DNA from: Ginglymostoma cirratum
Taxonomy: Eukaryota
Assembly: GCA_024137785.1 (NCBI GenBank)
Contig: JAHRHZ010000084.1
Location: 7,573,933-7,637,932 of the forward strand
Length of the DNA: 64,000 nt
Reading direction: 5' to 3'
A program made the position numbers and the translations under genes. The notes beneath the pieces are model-generated. The model did no database searches. It was not told the origin of the DNA and saw only the letters and a list, made by a program, of their open reading frames with translations. Positions 38,500-51,832 of this stretch are shown here, piece by piece (position 1 is the first letter of the stretch; every line of letters starts with the position of its first letter).

Positions 38500-39690
38500 T
38501 TCTGTTCACAACTATTTAGGAAGAAGGTGCGTTTCCATAAGAGAGTGTACAGGAGATTTACCAAAATGGTTTCAGTCACGAGGGATTTTATTTGAAAGGT
38601 GAAGATAGAGAAACTGTGGTTGTTCTCCTTGGAGCAAAAGAGATTGATAATACATTTGACATGATATGGCGGATTTTATCAAAGCAGATGAAGAAAAGTT
38701 GTTCCTAATAGTTTATGGTACAAGGGCAAGGGAACATTGATTTAGGGTTTTGGACCAGAGAAGTAGGTGGATATGCCAGGGAAAGGTGTTATATATAATG
38801 AGGAGTGATAATGATTTGAAACTCAGTACCGGTGAGGGTGGTGGAAAGGGAGATGATTAATGACTTCAGAAGGACACTGCAGGGGTACTAAATGGAATAA
38901 ATATGCACAGATGCGTGAATAGAGCTTGAGAATTCGACTTATTGGTTACTCTGTAGAGTCAGCATCAATTTGTTGCATTGAATAGCCTCCACTGTCCTAT
39001 TAGGAATCTATGGGCTGAATGGTGGGCCTGTCAACCAGTTGCTGAAACCTGGTGTCAATCTCTGTCAGCCTTTTTTGTTTTATTCTCTCACAGGATGTGG
39101 GTGTTACTGGCTGAGCCAGCATTTATTGTCCAACCCTTGTTGTGCTTGTGATGGTGCCTTCTTGAACCAGTTCATGACAGACTAAGACAGAGCAGACATG
39201 TCTCCTGCTCTCCACCGGACTAAGGAGTTGGCTGAACGTTCACCTCCCTACCAACCTCTTGTCCCCATTAATTTTGTTCATGCTTCACTATTACTTAACA
39301 GGATTGCGCAGGAGGTTGAGGGGTGACCTTACAGAGGTTTATAAATTCATGAGAGGCATAGATAAGCTGAATAGCAAGGTCTTCTCCCTAGAGTGGGGGA
39401 GTTTAAAACTAGGGGACGTATTTTTAAGGTGAGTGGAGAGAGATTTAAAAGGGGCAACTTTTTCACACAGAGCATGGTTCATATATGGAATGAACTGCCA
39501 GAGGAAGTGGTAGATACGAGTACAGTTATAATATTTAAGAGACATTTGGATAGGTACCTGTAAAGGAAAGGTTTGGAAGGATATGGGCCGAATATTGGCA
39601 AGTGGAACTAGTTAATTTTCGGAAACTTGGCTGGCATGGACAGATTGGACCAAAGGGTCTGTTTCTGTGCTGTATGACTCTATGAATGTA
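38500..39690 (+). mobile_element. Two CR1 3' fragments (old about 38500-39010, younger about 39310-39685)
   Basis: RLRGDL...NFFTQ...WNELPEEVV remnants and a (tctatga) tail. Confidence 0.7.
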
Positions 39691-39764
39691 GAGGAAGGGA
39701 AATTATAACACTGTTGTGGTCTGCGTTTGAAGACAGGAGGACACACGGACAAGATTTGTTGCAG

Positions 39765-39850
39765 TACTGGGTCACCAGACCCATAATGTTGTTTTTCTTC
39801 ACAGATGCTGCCAGACTTGCAGAGCTTTTCCAGCAGCTTTGTTTTTGTTC
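39765..39850 (+). mobile_element. Solo PLE arm in + orientation, HHR core lost
   Basis: gggtcaccagaccc...cacagatgctgccagacttgcagagcttttccagcagctttgtttttgttc matches the right arm at 600-693. Confidence 0.7.
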
Positions 39851-40609
39851 TTGGGGGCCATTATGCAGTCAAGACAAAAAGAGCATGAAATGGGAATTCT
39901 GCCACTGGGAGTGTGACAAGAACCTGAACTGCAACCAATATAAAAATATTGTGAAGAGAACTTAAAAAAAATGCAGCAACATTGCCAAGTACTTCTAAGC
40001 CAGGGATGATGTAAAAGGAAGGGAACATCAGGAAGATGACTACCAAATTGCCCAGCATAAGTGAGAAGGTCACAGATGTTATATCCAAATTAAGGCTTTA
40101 TAAACAAAGGATAGAATTGTGCTTTTCAAATTTATCAGTCACAGAACTGAATAAATAAGTGGTTAAAACTAAGATAACCATTGGAAATGAGAGGCTACAT
40201 AAAGTCGTTACTTTGGGCCTGTCTGAGGATGATCAGAATGACTCTGCTGTACTGTGGAATGTGCAGGAGAATTAGCTTTCTACACAGGTAAACTGCAGAC
40301 AAGCCATTTGGAGCTATTGGCTTTACAGACAACAGGAATCAGTCAATCAGTTCATTAGCAGGTCCTGCGATTTATTTTGGAAGCCAAGCTGTCTCAATGG
40401 ATAATAGAGGTAATCGTAACTTCAATGCAGATCAAAGCTTTCAAGAAAGACCTTTTGGAGAAAAAGAAAGTTCACAATATGGTCAGACTGCTAAAAGACA
40501 GCAGAAAATATGAAGTCAGTTGCTGAACAATAATACCAAGCATTGGCTGCAGCTACCAGTACTGGCAGGGTAGCCAAGATGCAGAAACCAAACAAGCAAT
40601 GTGAGAAAA

Positions 40610-40960
40610 GGCAGCACGGTGGCTCAGTCGTTCGCACTCCTGCCTCTCAGCGCCAAGGACCCGGATTCGATTCCAACCTCGGATGACTGCCTGTATGGAG
40701 TTTGCTCATTCTTCCTGTGCCTGCTTCGGTTTCTACTGGGTGCTCCAGCTTCCTCCTACAGTCCAAAGATGTGCAAGTTAGATGGATTGCCTATAGTGTT
40801 TAGGGACGTGTAGGTTAGGTGCATTAGCCAAGGGAAATGCAGGGTTATAGGCCTAGGGTAGGGGAATAGGTCTGGGTGGGATGCTCTTCAGAGGGTCAGT
40901 ATGGACCTGTTGGGCAAAATGGCCTGTTTCCCTACTCTGGGGATTCCATGATTCTATCTA
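40610..40960 (+). mobile_element. tRNA-derived SINE (HE1/V-SINE type) with a CR1-like tail
   Basis: ggcagcacggtggctcagt A-box, ggattcgattcc B-box, tgtatggagtttgc core and ggcctgtttcc...attctat tail. Confidence 0.85.
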
Positions 40961-41109
40961 TTTATAGGTATGGTATCCTGCACCCACTATTAGCTGTCCT
41001 CTGCTCCAAGGCTTTTCACAATCTGTGGCATAAGAGAAAATTGCGTTCACCAATGCAGGAAATCTGATTCCTGGAGATGCAGCCAGAAATTACAATAAAA
41101 TAAAACTAT

Positions 41110-43420
41110 TAGATATAGGAGCAAAATTAGATCCTTCGGCCCATTGTGTCTGATCCACAATTTGAACATGGCTGATGTGTTTCTCAATCCTGTTCTACTG
41201 CCTTCTCCCCCTAGCCTTTGAAAGTCTTACTAATCAATAGCCTGAAAATCACTGCCTTGCGTGGATTCAGTGACTTGGCCTTATTAACCTTTTGTGACAG
41301 TGAGTTTCACAGATTCACCAGATTCTTTAATTTGGAGAGGCTATTTATACAAGCAACTATCCGAGATAGTTTGATAAGAGGATGCCTAAGGATAGACAAG
41401 TGATTGATTCCAGCCTCATTAATGAGAAAATGTTGTCCCATTAGGTGAACAGCACCAATTAGAACAAGGGGTATAAATCTCAGTGTGTGAACCAGTCAGC
41501 CCAATTCATTAAGCAGCTATGAAAACAACAGATAAGGTTATTTTTGTAATAATCAGCTGTTTCTTTGAAGTTATTCACAAAATTAAGAAAGAGATTCTAA
41601 TTAAAGATTCTTCAGATTATCGTAGAGATAGATTTCAGCATAATTGTGATATACATTTAACCAAAGCATTAGGAGGAAAAACATCTAAACCTCGACGTCA
41701 AAGTTAATTAGTCTCAGGAAACGCTTTCCTTATCTCTTAGAAAGATGCCTGGCACGTACTGAACGAAACAGATTGTTCGCAACTTACTAGTTAACAAGTA
41801 CAACTAACTTTATGATGGGAAATTAATACTACAAATCTTACAGCAGTCAGTAAAAACCAATTGTCTTTTGTATTTTTATATATATAGGGACAGCTGGAAA
41901 TATGAGGAATAACAGAATTTGATTGAGATAGCACATGGAATACATTGAATAACAGAATTCAAGCAGTCCTTAGAGATAAGCAAGTCTGGGACAAACCCTA
42001 AGGACTATAAACAGTAATTTTGGAATGTGAATTAATATGATGCATAGAAAGATCCCAAGGCCTGGCAATCACAATGTCTGTTAAACACCATGAGATCATG
42101 GGAACCTGGGGCTGTCCATAGGAATGTCCATCATTGATATGTGTTTCACAGGATTGGGTGTATGGAATAAGGAGGAAGGACACAGTGACCATACTGTATG
42201 TGATTATGGTATCACAAAAGGTATAAAAATGCTGTGTTTCACTAAAAATCAGAGCGCGTCATTGATCTTTCTTCTGATCTGAGCCATAGATTAAAGAGAA
42301 CGACTGGGTTCTCATGTTGAGGCCAGATACGGGGAAGGTGTTTGGCCCTCTCCCTGCGTTAACCAGTTGTTACTTGAATAAAAGCCTGCCATTCCCTGAA
42401 TCCTGCCTGCCTCCTGAGTCTTTGTCCCCAGTAAGGTTGGGGGGTAACACTCCAAAACAGTCTATATATCCTCAGCAGCACATACCTGCTCTTGTATTCT
42501 AGCCCTAGTAATTCCAGTAATGAATGCTAACGTTGTATTTACCTTTCTTTCTGCCAACTGAAACTGCATGTTAGCCTTAAGAGAATCTTGAAGTAGGACT
42601 CCTAAGTCCCTTGTAAGCCTTTCCCCATTTAAAAAATTGTCTACACTTCTATTCTTATGCCTCTATCAAAGTGTGTACCTTTTGTCATCTGCAGACTTGA
42701 CAACAATGCTCTCAGATCGCCTGTCCATATTGTTAATGCCTGTGGAAATCCACTAGTCACTAGCTGCCATCCTGAAAAGACCCCTTTATCCCCAGTCTCT
42801 GCCTTCTGCCAGTCAGCCAATTCTCCATCCATGCTAGTACCTTGCCCCTAACACCTTGGGCTTTTATCGTATCTAGCAGCATTCTGTGCAGCACCTTGTC
42901 AGAGGCCTTCTGGAAATCCAAATAGATCATATCCACTGGTTATGATTTGTCTAAGTTGCTCATTACCTCCTCAAAGAATTCTAACAGATTTGTCAGGTGT
43001 TTTATCCCCTTGTTGAAGCTGTGTTGAGTCCCTATTTTACCAAATACTCTACAATCTCATCCTTAATAATGGACTCTTAAAATCTTATCAATGACCAACA
43101 TCAAGCTACCCAGCTTATAATTTTCCTTCCTGTGCTTCTCCCTCCTTAAGCACAGATGTTCCATTAGCAATTTTCCAGTCCTCTGGGACCACACTTGACT
43201 CCATTGATTCCTGAAAGATCACCACCAATGCTTGTACAATCTCCTCAGCTTTCTCTTTCAGAACCTTGGGGTGTAGTCCATCTGGTCCAGGTGATTTATC
43301 CACCTTCAGAACTTTCAGCTGCCCCAACACCACCTCCCTAGTGATGGCTGCTGTACAGTCACCTCTGCTCCCTGACTCTTGAAGCTCTGGTATGCTGAGA
43401 CCAAACAAAAAATATGTACA
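41110..43420 (-). mobile_element. Decayed CR1 (41110-41320 and 42450-43420) interrupted by an LTR-like block
   Basis: ORF 43115-43432 (KVDKSPGPDGLHPKVLKE...PEDWKIAN); tail at about 41110. Confidence 0.75.
41321..42449 (+). mobile_element. Probable LTR remnant (5' end lost)
   Basis: TATAAAA at 42222, AATAAA at 42377, ends ...ggtaaCA at 42449 where CR1 resumes. Internal direct repeat gaataacagaatt at 41907 and 41947. Confidence 0.55.
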
Positions 43421-43973
43421 GCATACTGGCACCCAAAAAATTCATAGGCAACGATTTCCTGACATCCACCAAACTCTGGGTGGGGACAGAATCTCACGTA
43501 CCACTGACTGCCATTGACTTTTCTTCAATGAGTTGTATTTAGTGTCAGATCATCTCTCAACTTCGTAAAATTTCCCATTGCCTGTTAATGTTATCAGTAA
43601 ATGTATACCTGATGTCTTGTAGTGCCAGTGTACTGTGCTGCCATCTATGGTATAAATCTTTGGTGATAATATATCAGATAAATGTAATCAATGGCTACTC
43701 AGTTTCATTATGCATTTAGTACATCTCTGCTTTTCAGGAATGCACTTCTTTCCAGGGAAGTAAAATTGGACAGCGGAATCTATAGTTCACTCACGCACCT
43801 GGTAACATTCTTTATAAAAAGGCAGAGGATAAGCAGTGGATTGAAGTGAAACCTTGGAAAAGGGCAGGAAATTTACAGTCAGAAATGCAAAGTATACTTA
43901 TTTACTTGCCATCTGTATTATTGGCATTAAGATGGATGATCATTATTGATACTGTCTTTGAATTACCTGGCAG

Positions 43974-44109
43974 ATTGATGCACGCAGTGACCGTACTGGT
44001 GAAGTCATCTTCAAGGACAACTTCACCTCCTGTGTTGCTGGAATTGTGGAGGAAGACTACAGGATGGATGGACAGAAGCAGCTCATCTGCTGCTCGGTTG
44101 AAGGGGAAG
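43974..44109 (+). CDS. BBS2: BBS2 coding exon 8 (136 nt)
   Basis: ggcag|att; [45 protein letters not shown]; aag|gtagac. Confidence 0.96.
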
Positions 44110-46104
44110 GTAGACCATGCATTTTTCCCTGACTGGAGTAAATTCTAATCAGAAATTCACCATTAACCCCAATGTACTGTATTGTGGGTAGGGAAATGGC
44201 TTTGGTCTCTGAGATAGTGGTAAGATATACAGATCAAATAGTATGAACTAGATCTGTGCTCTGCATCAAATTGGTTCATCTCATCTGGTTATGGTCACTT
44301 TAAGACAGTTGCAATTAGGTTGGAAAGAATGAAAATAGCATTCCTGCATTCTGCTGTCCAATGATTCTTTCTGGGTACGAATTATCAGCATATAATGATT
44401 TGGCTTTCTCAGCCTTCTCTGGCAAAATTTAAAATTCGCCACTCTGACTGAAGAAATTCCTTCTCAACTCACTTCTAAAGGTTCTCCCTTCACTGTGAGG
44501 CTGTACGCTTGAGTCCTAGTCTCCTGCCACTGGAAACATGTTCCTCATGTCCACTGTATCCAAGCCTCTCACTATTATGCAAGTTTCAATGAAATACATA
44601 CCATGTCCTTCAAACCAGAGACCTCAACTGCTCATATGACAAGCTGTTCAGCCGCAGGATCATTCTTGTAAACCTCCTTTCGATCCCTTCTAAAGCCAGC
44701 ACATCCTTCCTAAGATATGGGGCCCAAAACTGCTCTCAATATTCTAAATACTGTCTGAGCAGAGCCTTGTACAGCCTCAGCAGTACATCTCTGCTCTCAT
44801 ATTCTAGCCTTCTGCAATGAATGCTACCGTTACATTTGCCTTCCTAACTGCCAACTGAGCTTACACGTTAATCTTAAGAGAATCTTGAACGAGGATTCCT
44901 AAGTCCTTTTGTGTTCCATATTTCCAAAGCCTTTCCCTGTTTAGAAAATAATCTGTGCCCTTATACTTTCTACCAAAGTGTATAACCCCACACTTTCCCA
45001 CATCGTATTCGTTCTGTCACTTCTTTGCCCACTTTCTTAGCCTGTCTAAGTCCTTTTGCAGCCTCCTCAACACAGCCTGTCCCTCCACCTGTCGTTGTGT
45101 TATCTGCAAATTTAGCCACAATGTCCAGATCATTAATGTACAACATGAATGGAGGTAGTCTCAATACTGACCTCATACGGAACTCAACTACAATCAATGG
45201 CTGCCACCCTGAAAACGGCCTCTTTATCCCCACTCTCTACCTTCTGCCAGTCAGCCAATCCCCTATCCATGGCAGTACCCTGCCCTGAACACAACACCTC
45301 CTCAGCTATCTCCTTCAGAAACCTGGGTGTATTTCATTCGGTCTGGGTGATTTTTTTCTTTTCACCTTCAGACCTCTTGGCTTCCCAGAACCTTTTCCTT
45401 ACTGATGGCCGCTACATTCTCACCTCTGCCCCGACTCACTTGAAGTTCTAGTATGTTGATGATTCTTCCACCATGAAATCTGATACAAAGTACTTCATCT
45501 GTTCCTTTGCCATTTCTTTGTTCCCCATTACTACTTCTCCAGCCTCATTTTCCAGCGGTTCAATGTTCCACTCTTGCCTTTTTTTAGCCTTTCATGTATC
45601 TTTAAAAAAACTCTTACAATCCTCTTTATATTACTAGCTTACTCACATATTTCATCTTCTCCCCCTTTATTGCTTTTTTTAGTTGTTCCTTTCTGGTTTT
45701 TAAAAGTTTTCCAATCCTCTAGCCTGCCATGAATTTTCACCACATTCTATGCTTTTCCTTTTCTTTTTATGCTGTCCCTTGTTCTCTTGTCGGCCATGGT
45801 TGCCTTGGTCTCCCATTAGTATGTTTCTTCATCCTTGGGATGGATTTCTGCTGTGCCTTCTGAATTACCTCTCAGAAACTCATGCTACTACTGCACTACC
45901 ATCTTCCCTGCTTGGCTCCCCTTCCAATCAACTCTGGCCAGCCCCTCTCTCATGTCTCTGTAATTACTTTTACTCAATTGTAATACTGCTACATCTGATT
46001 CAAGCAACTTGCTCCCAACTGCAGGTGGATATTATCATATGTTCACTGCCTGCTAGGGGTTTCTTCACCTTAAGTTCCCTAATCAGTCTGCCTCATTACA
46101 CTTC

Positions 46105-46885
46105 TTTGGGCAAGGAAGTGGCAGATGGAATTCAACCCAGAAAAGTGTGAAGTGAATCATTTTGGAAGGTGGAATACAGGGTTAGTGGCAGGATTCTCGG
46201 CAGTGTGAAGGAACAGAGGGATCTTGGGGTCCAGGGCCATAGATCACTCAAAGTTGCTACCCAAGTTGATTAGGGTTGTTAAGAAGGTGTATGGTGTGTT
46301 GCCTCCCATTGGCAGTGGAATTGAGTTTAAGAGCCCGTGAGGTTATGCTCCAGCTCTATAAAACTCTGGTTAGACCACACTTAGATATTGTGTTCAGTTC
46401 TGGTCACCTCATATAGGAAAGATGTGGAAGCTTTTACTAGGATGCTGCTGGACTGGAGGACAGGTCTTATGAGGAAAGGTTGAGGGAGCTAGGGCTTTTT
46501 TCATTGGAGCGAAGAAGGATGAGAGATGACTTGATAGAGGTGTACAAGGTAATGAGAGGTATAGACACAGTGGATAGTCGGATACTTTTTTCCAGGGTGG
46601 AAATGACTATTACGAGGGGGCAAAATTTTAAGGTGATTGGAGGAGCGTATAGGGGAGATGTCAGAGGTAGGTTCTTCACATAGAGAGTGGTGGGCATGTG
46701 GAATGTGCTGCCGGCAGTGCTAGTGGAGTCTGATACTTTAGGGACTTTTAAGCAACTCTTGGATAGGCACATGGAGGATAGTGAAATGTAGGGTATGCAG
46801 GGTAGATACTTCTTAGTAGGATAATAGATCAGCACAACATTGTGGGCTGAAGGGTCTGTACTGTGCTGTATTGTTCTATGTTCTA
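46105..46885 (+). mobile_element. Younger CR1 3' fragment nested in the minus-strand CR1
   Basis: ORF 46480-46683 ([15 protein letters not shown]...RGRFFT) and a (gttctat) tail at 46873-46885. Confidence 0.85.
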
Positions 46886-47419
46886 CATCACCAAATCAAG
46901 AATTGCCTGTTCCCCAGTGGACTGTACACAAACTACTCCAAAAGGCTGTCACGCAGACGTTCCACAAATTCCTTTTCTTGGACTGATTTTTCATATTGAA
47001 TATTGATGTCCTCCATGATTATTGTAATAGTGCCTTTCTTACATGCCTTTTTTATCTCCTGATTTATTTTCTTCCCCACGTCCTAGCTAGTTAAGGAGAC
47101 CTGTACGTAACGCCCGTCAGGGTGTTCTGGCCACATATCACTTCTCGATATCGATTTTAATTTCGTTTCTTACTAACCAGACAACTTCGGACCTTTGCCC
47201 ATTTGCCTGTGCTTTTGATAGTTTGCATATCCGTGCATATTTAGTTCCTGGCCCTAATCCGCTTGTAGCTATGTATCTGCGATGCTCACTACATCATACC
47301 CGCCAATTTCAATCTTTACGACAAACTCATTTCCTTTGCTTTGTTAACTTTGCACATTTAAGTACAATACCATAAGTACTGCATTGAAAGCCCCTGATCC
47401 AGTTAACTAGTTTAAAGTC

Positions 47420-48085
47420 CTTGTGACCGGATTTCCTCAAGGTAGTGTCCTAGGCCCAAACATCTTCGACTGCTTCATCAGTGAGCATCCCTCCGCCATA
47501 AGGTCAGAAGTGGGGATGTTCACCAATTATTGCACAATGTTTAGTATCATTCGCGATTCCTCAGATATTGAAGCTTTCCATGTTCAAATGTCAGAAGATC
47601 TGGACAATATCTAGGTTTGGGCTGATAAGTGACAAGTAATACTTGCGCCACACAAATGCCAGTGTATGACCATCATCAATAAGAGACAATCTAACCAAAG
47701 TTCTTTGACATTAAATGGTATTACCATCACTGAATACTCCACTATCAACATCCTGGGCATTAGCATTGACAACACTTTCCAAACCCATAACCACATACAC
47801 CTAGAAGCGTAATGGCAGCAGATACATGGGATCACCACCACCTTCAAGTTCCCTTCCAAGCCACATGCCATCCTGAACTTGGAAATAGATTACCGTTCCT
47901 TCACTGTCACTGGGTCAAAACCCTGGAATTCCATCCCTCACAACATTGTGGGTCAACCCACAGCAGGTGGACTGCAACAGTTGAAAAAGGCAGCTCCCCA
48001 CCACCACCTCAAAGGCAACTAGGGACGTGCAATAAGTGCTGGCCAGCCAGCAAAGCCCACATCCCACAGATGAATTTAAAAAAAA
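47420..48085 (+). mobile_element. Internally deleted LINE of the second family
   Basis: GFPQGSVLGP RT motif (47423-47614) joined to the tail ...cccacatcccacagatgaatttaaaaaaaa. Confidence 0.7.
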
Positions 48086-49952
48086 CCTCGATTTAACTCG
48101 ATTTGTACCATTGGTTTGTCTATCTTATTCTGAATGCTTTGTGAATTCAGATACAAAGCTTTTAAGTTTGTTCTGTTACTGAGTTTCCCAACACTTATGG
48201 TTTTTTGGTGCAATATGACATTCACATTTTTTTCCCTTTTTATTTTCTGGTAACAATCTACCACATCACTAACAATTCTAAAGCTTTCCAGGATACGGTA
48301 CCACCACCAACCGTGTTTATCGGAACAGCTCCCTCCTTCCCCCGTATTATTCCCAATGTCCTGTGAATTCAAACCCATACTTGAGGTAGTAATCTGGAAG
48401 TTAGTAACTTTTTGGTACGTCTTTTTAATTTAGCCTGTAGCTGCTCATATTCCCTCAGCAGAACCACTTTTTACTTCTCTCATCAGTACCTACATAGACC
48501 ACGACAACTGGATCTTTTTCCTCTACTCCAAGTTCCTCTGCAACCGAGGCGAGAGATCCTCGACGTGGGCACCAGGCATTCAGCACAGCTTTTGGGACTC
48601 TAGATCCTGGCCACAGAGAAAACAGTGTCTTTTCCCTTACTTTTCAATTACAAGTACATTTCTCTTTTTCTTCCTGCTTTTGAATGGCTCCCTGTACTAA
48701 AGTGCACAGCATGGTCAGTTTGCGCATCCTTACTACAGCTCCCACCCTCATCCACACAATGAGCAACAATCTGAAACCTGTTAGACAAGCTCAGGGGCTG
48801 AGGCTTGTTCAGTACTGTGTTCTGGATCCCTCTGCCTGCCTCACTCATAATCATACCCTCCTGTACCTGACCACTGACCAAATTTGAGGTATTTAATCAA
48901 AGAGTATGACTGCCTCCTGAATCACAGCATCCAGATAACATCTTCCTTGCCCTCGTGTAGCAGTTTTTGAAGCTCAGACTCCAGCTCAATATCTCTGAGC
49001 CAGAGTTCCTCAAGTGACCAATACTTGCCACAGATGTAATCACTATGAAGCACAATGGGGTCCACTAGCTGTCAAATCATACAGATAGGACACATCGGCC
49101 TGGACCTGCATGCCAATATTATTCACTTAATTCTTAACTTGTTTTTTAAAAAAATCCCACTGGTCTTTTAGTTTGTAATTTGTTACTATTTCTCCTATTT
49201 GCCTTCAATCTGAAAGTAACTTATAATAGATAATCAAATTAGCAGCTAAATTAGCAAATTACCAAACAGTAAACATACAGTTTTGCAATGATGTCACTTT
49301 CTTTTGTGCTGGGCCCCTGATCCTGGACTTCAATATATCCTGTTTTAAAACAGGCCTTATAAACCGTGAGCCAAAAAAGCAAGCGAAAAACACCTCTTTC
49401 CCTCTGAACTGAATTCTTGCGCTGCCCCCGATGTCCCCAAACTATATACTAACATGGGCTGTGCCTCATTCTGGATGTGATCTCTCCTTCCTAACTGTGA
49501 GAAGCCTACTGAACAAAAAAGGCATTCTTCCTTCTCTTGACTGCAATCGCCACTTTCCTGTCCTGTTTACCCAGCACCCTGACCAACACACTTCTTCTTA
49601 CGTCAGAGAAGCATGGAAAATAGGAGCCAGCATGGGCTATTCAGCCTTTCGAGTCATGCAAGTCTGGATTTGGTGTTGTTAGGATCCCATTGCAATGTGT
49701 TTCTGTTGGGGAGAACCTATAGTCCCAGTTGTGGCCTCTACTCTATTGGTGAGTGGCCAGGCACCTCTTAGATTGTAATAAATTTCCCAGCTAAAGACAA
49801 TTAGTGGACTAATGGTTGCCACCCCCAGTCAAAATTCAGCCCATATTGTCCACTATCATTTATAAAAAGCACCCATTTGGCTGAGATCTCTATCAGGATT
49901 CAGAAGAAAAGGAGAAGTAGCTAATCTAGATTTCTTGTCTTTCGCTCTGTAG

Positions 49953-50092
49953 TTCGAGGTTATCTGCCTGCTGATCGAGAGATGAGAGGGAATTTGATGG
50001 ACACAAATGCAGAACAAGACTTGATCCGTGAGCTGAGCCAGCGGAAACAGAACTTGCTGCTCGAACTGCGTAACTATGAAGAAAATTCAAAG
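49953..50092 (+). CDS. BBS2: BBS2 coding exon 9 (140 nt)
   Basis: ctgtag|tt; [47 protein letters not shown]; aag|gtaggt. Confidence 0.96.
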
Positions 50093-50490
50093 GTAGGTAG
50101 GACGTTAAACAACAATTATTGTTACTGATGTCAATTGTCATTGGCTGAAAACATTCTCAAAAGTGTTATAGGAATCGACACACTAATCTCAAACTGCTAT
50201 TTTTCTGCTATGGTCACTCATCTGGTTTGCTCAAATAAGTTTTCTTTCTGTAATTACCTTGCCTTCCATCCCTGTTCTGTAAGTACAATGTGTCTAACTG
50301 ATGCTTTACTTGCCTTAGATGTGCTAGATGAGACAGTGTAAAGTGAAACTTAAGTCCTCCTGCACTTTGCTAGTGACTGCTTCTTAGGGTCACATACAAG
50401 GAGCAATACTCTGGCATGGCAGAATGTGAGAGAACATTAAGTAGGTGACTGATGAGCTAACCAAATGTGTACATTTTGCATTTGTGTTAG

Positions 50491-50635
50491 ATTGCCTTGA
50501 GTGCCTTTGGTGGAGAAGGGGATGGACAGATAGGCATTATTCCAGCCAATACACAACTGCAAACAGGCCTTTCTGTCAATGTAGACACTGCCAACCAACG
50601 TCCTCATGTAGAGCTGAGCATTTCTACATCCAATG
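50491..50635 (+). CDS. BBS2: BBS2 coding exon 10 (145 nt)
   Basis: gttag|att; ...GIIPANTQLQTGLSV...HVELSISTSN; atg|gtgagt. Confidence 0.94.
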
Positions 50636-51315
50636 GTGAGTCTGCCTTGCCTTGAGACGTTTTAAGCTGCAGATAGCAAGAAAAAATCAATAAACAGGGT
50701 GCCTATCTGATATTGTTTTGAATGTATGTTTGGTTTGGCCTCTTTGGTTTCCGATTTGGAATTTTAGAAGTTAAATTGTGACTATAATATTGCAGTAATC
50801 CATCATTTTGTATATTAACGTGATCAAAATTTTTGAATCAGTTGTTGGGTGAATCTGAATGCCACTGATCATGCAAAACGGAAACAATCTATTACGAGCC
50901 TGTAATTGAAAACAATAACTGTGTTCTAATGATGGCATTATTTCTGCTATCACTATTTTAAGGAAGAGAATGGGTATTTTGCCAGTATCTTAGCAAACAG
51001 CTTTTCCTCAACTCTCATCACTTGGAAAAAAAGTCTGGTTATCGCAAGTGATTTTTACCTATTTGCAAAGTGGTGCATTAGTTTACTGAAACCAATTTGT
51101 AATTTTTTCAAACACAACCCCTGTACCTTATTCAAATGTTAATAAAATATTGGACAACATGCAGCGGTGTGGGGAAGCATCTCCTGTACTTGCAAAACCT
51201 TACTTCTGCCTTTATATTGACCAAGCTGTTTTTCTCAGCTCCTTCCGCTTAAATATGGGTGATCTTTTTAGATCTAATTGTTTCTTCATTTTATAAAGTG
51301 TGTGTCTTTATATAG

Positions 51316-51487
51316 ATACCATTATTCGGGCTGTGCTTATCTTTGCTGAGGGTATATTTGACGGAGAGTCTCATGTGGTTCATCCCAGTGCACACAATCT
51401 CTCAGGACAAATCTTTGTCCCCATCATTCCACCCAAAGATATCCCAGTGGATCTGCATATCAAGGCTTATGTGGGCTACAGAAACAG
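51316..51487 (+). CDS. BBS2: BBS2 coding exon 11 (172 nt)
   Basis: tatag|at; [24 protein letters not shown]...KAYVGYRN; cag|gtgagc. Confidence 0.96.
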
Positions 51488-51602
51488 GTGAGCAGTGGGG
51501 CAGTAAGGTACAGGTCTGGTTGTGCCCTTCAGAAATGGCATTATATGTAAATTGCAGATGCTTTTATTTCAATACAGCTTAAAGTCAACTTAGTAGAGAC
51601 AG

Positions 51603-51832
51603 AAAACCAAAAAACTGCGGATGCTGGCAATCAGAAATCGCTGGGAAAAACTCAGCAGGTCTAGCAGCATCTGTGGAGAGAAAGCAGAGTTTTCATTTTG
51701 GCTTCAGTAACCCTTCTTCAGGAACCTGGTTCTGAAAAAGCGTTAGTAGACCCGAAACTTTAAATCTGCTTTCTGTCCATAGATGCTGCCAGACTTGCAG
51801 AGTTTTTCCAGCAATTTCTGATTTTGTTTCAA
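51603..51832. mobile_element. Old PLE hairpin insertion (two decayed inverted arms)
   Basis: Arms at about 51629-51725 and 51728-51823. TSD tagagacag at 51594-51602 and 51833-51841. Confidence 0.8.

Larger units (their letters stand above)
44400..49150 (-). mobile_element. Composite of decayed CR1 sequence (ORF1, endonuclease and RT remnants) with nested insertions
   Basis: RT LYINDLD/KFADN at 44970-45233; endonuclease start LKALYLNSQSIQNK in 48076-48378; ORF1-like PLSLSNRFQ in 48648-48881. Confidence 0.7.

Noticed and set aside
40610-40690. tRNA-like A and B boxes (also at 57120-57185 and 21640-21710)
   Set aside because: SINE heads; no intact cloverleaf.
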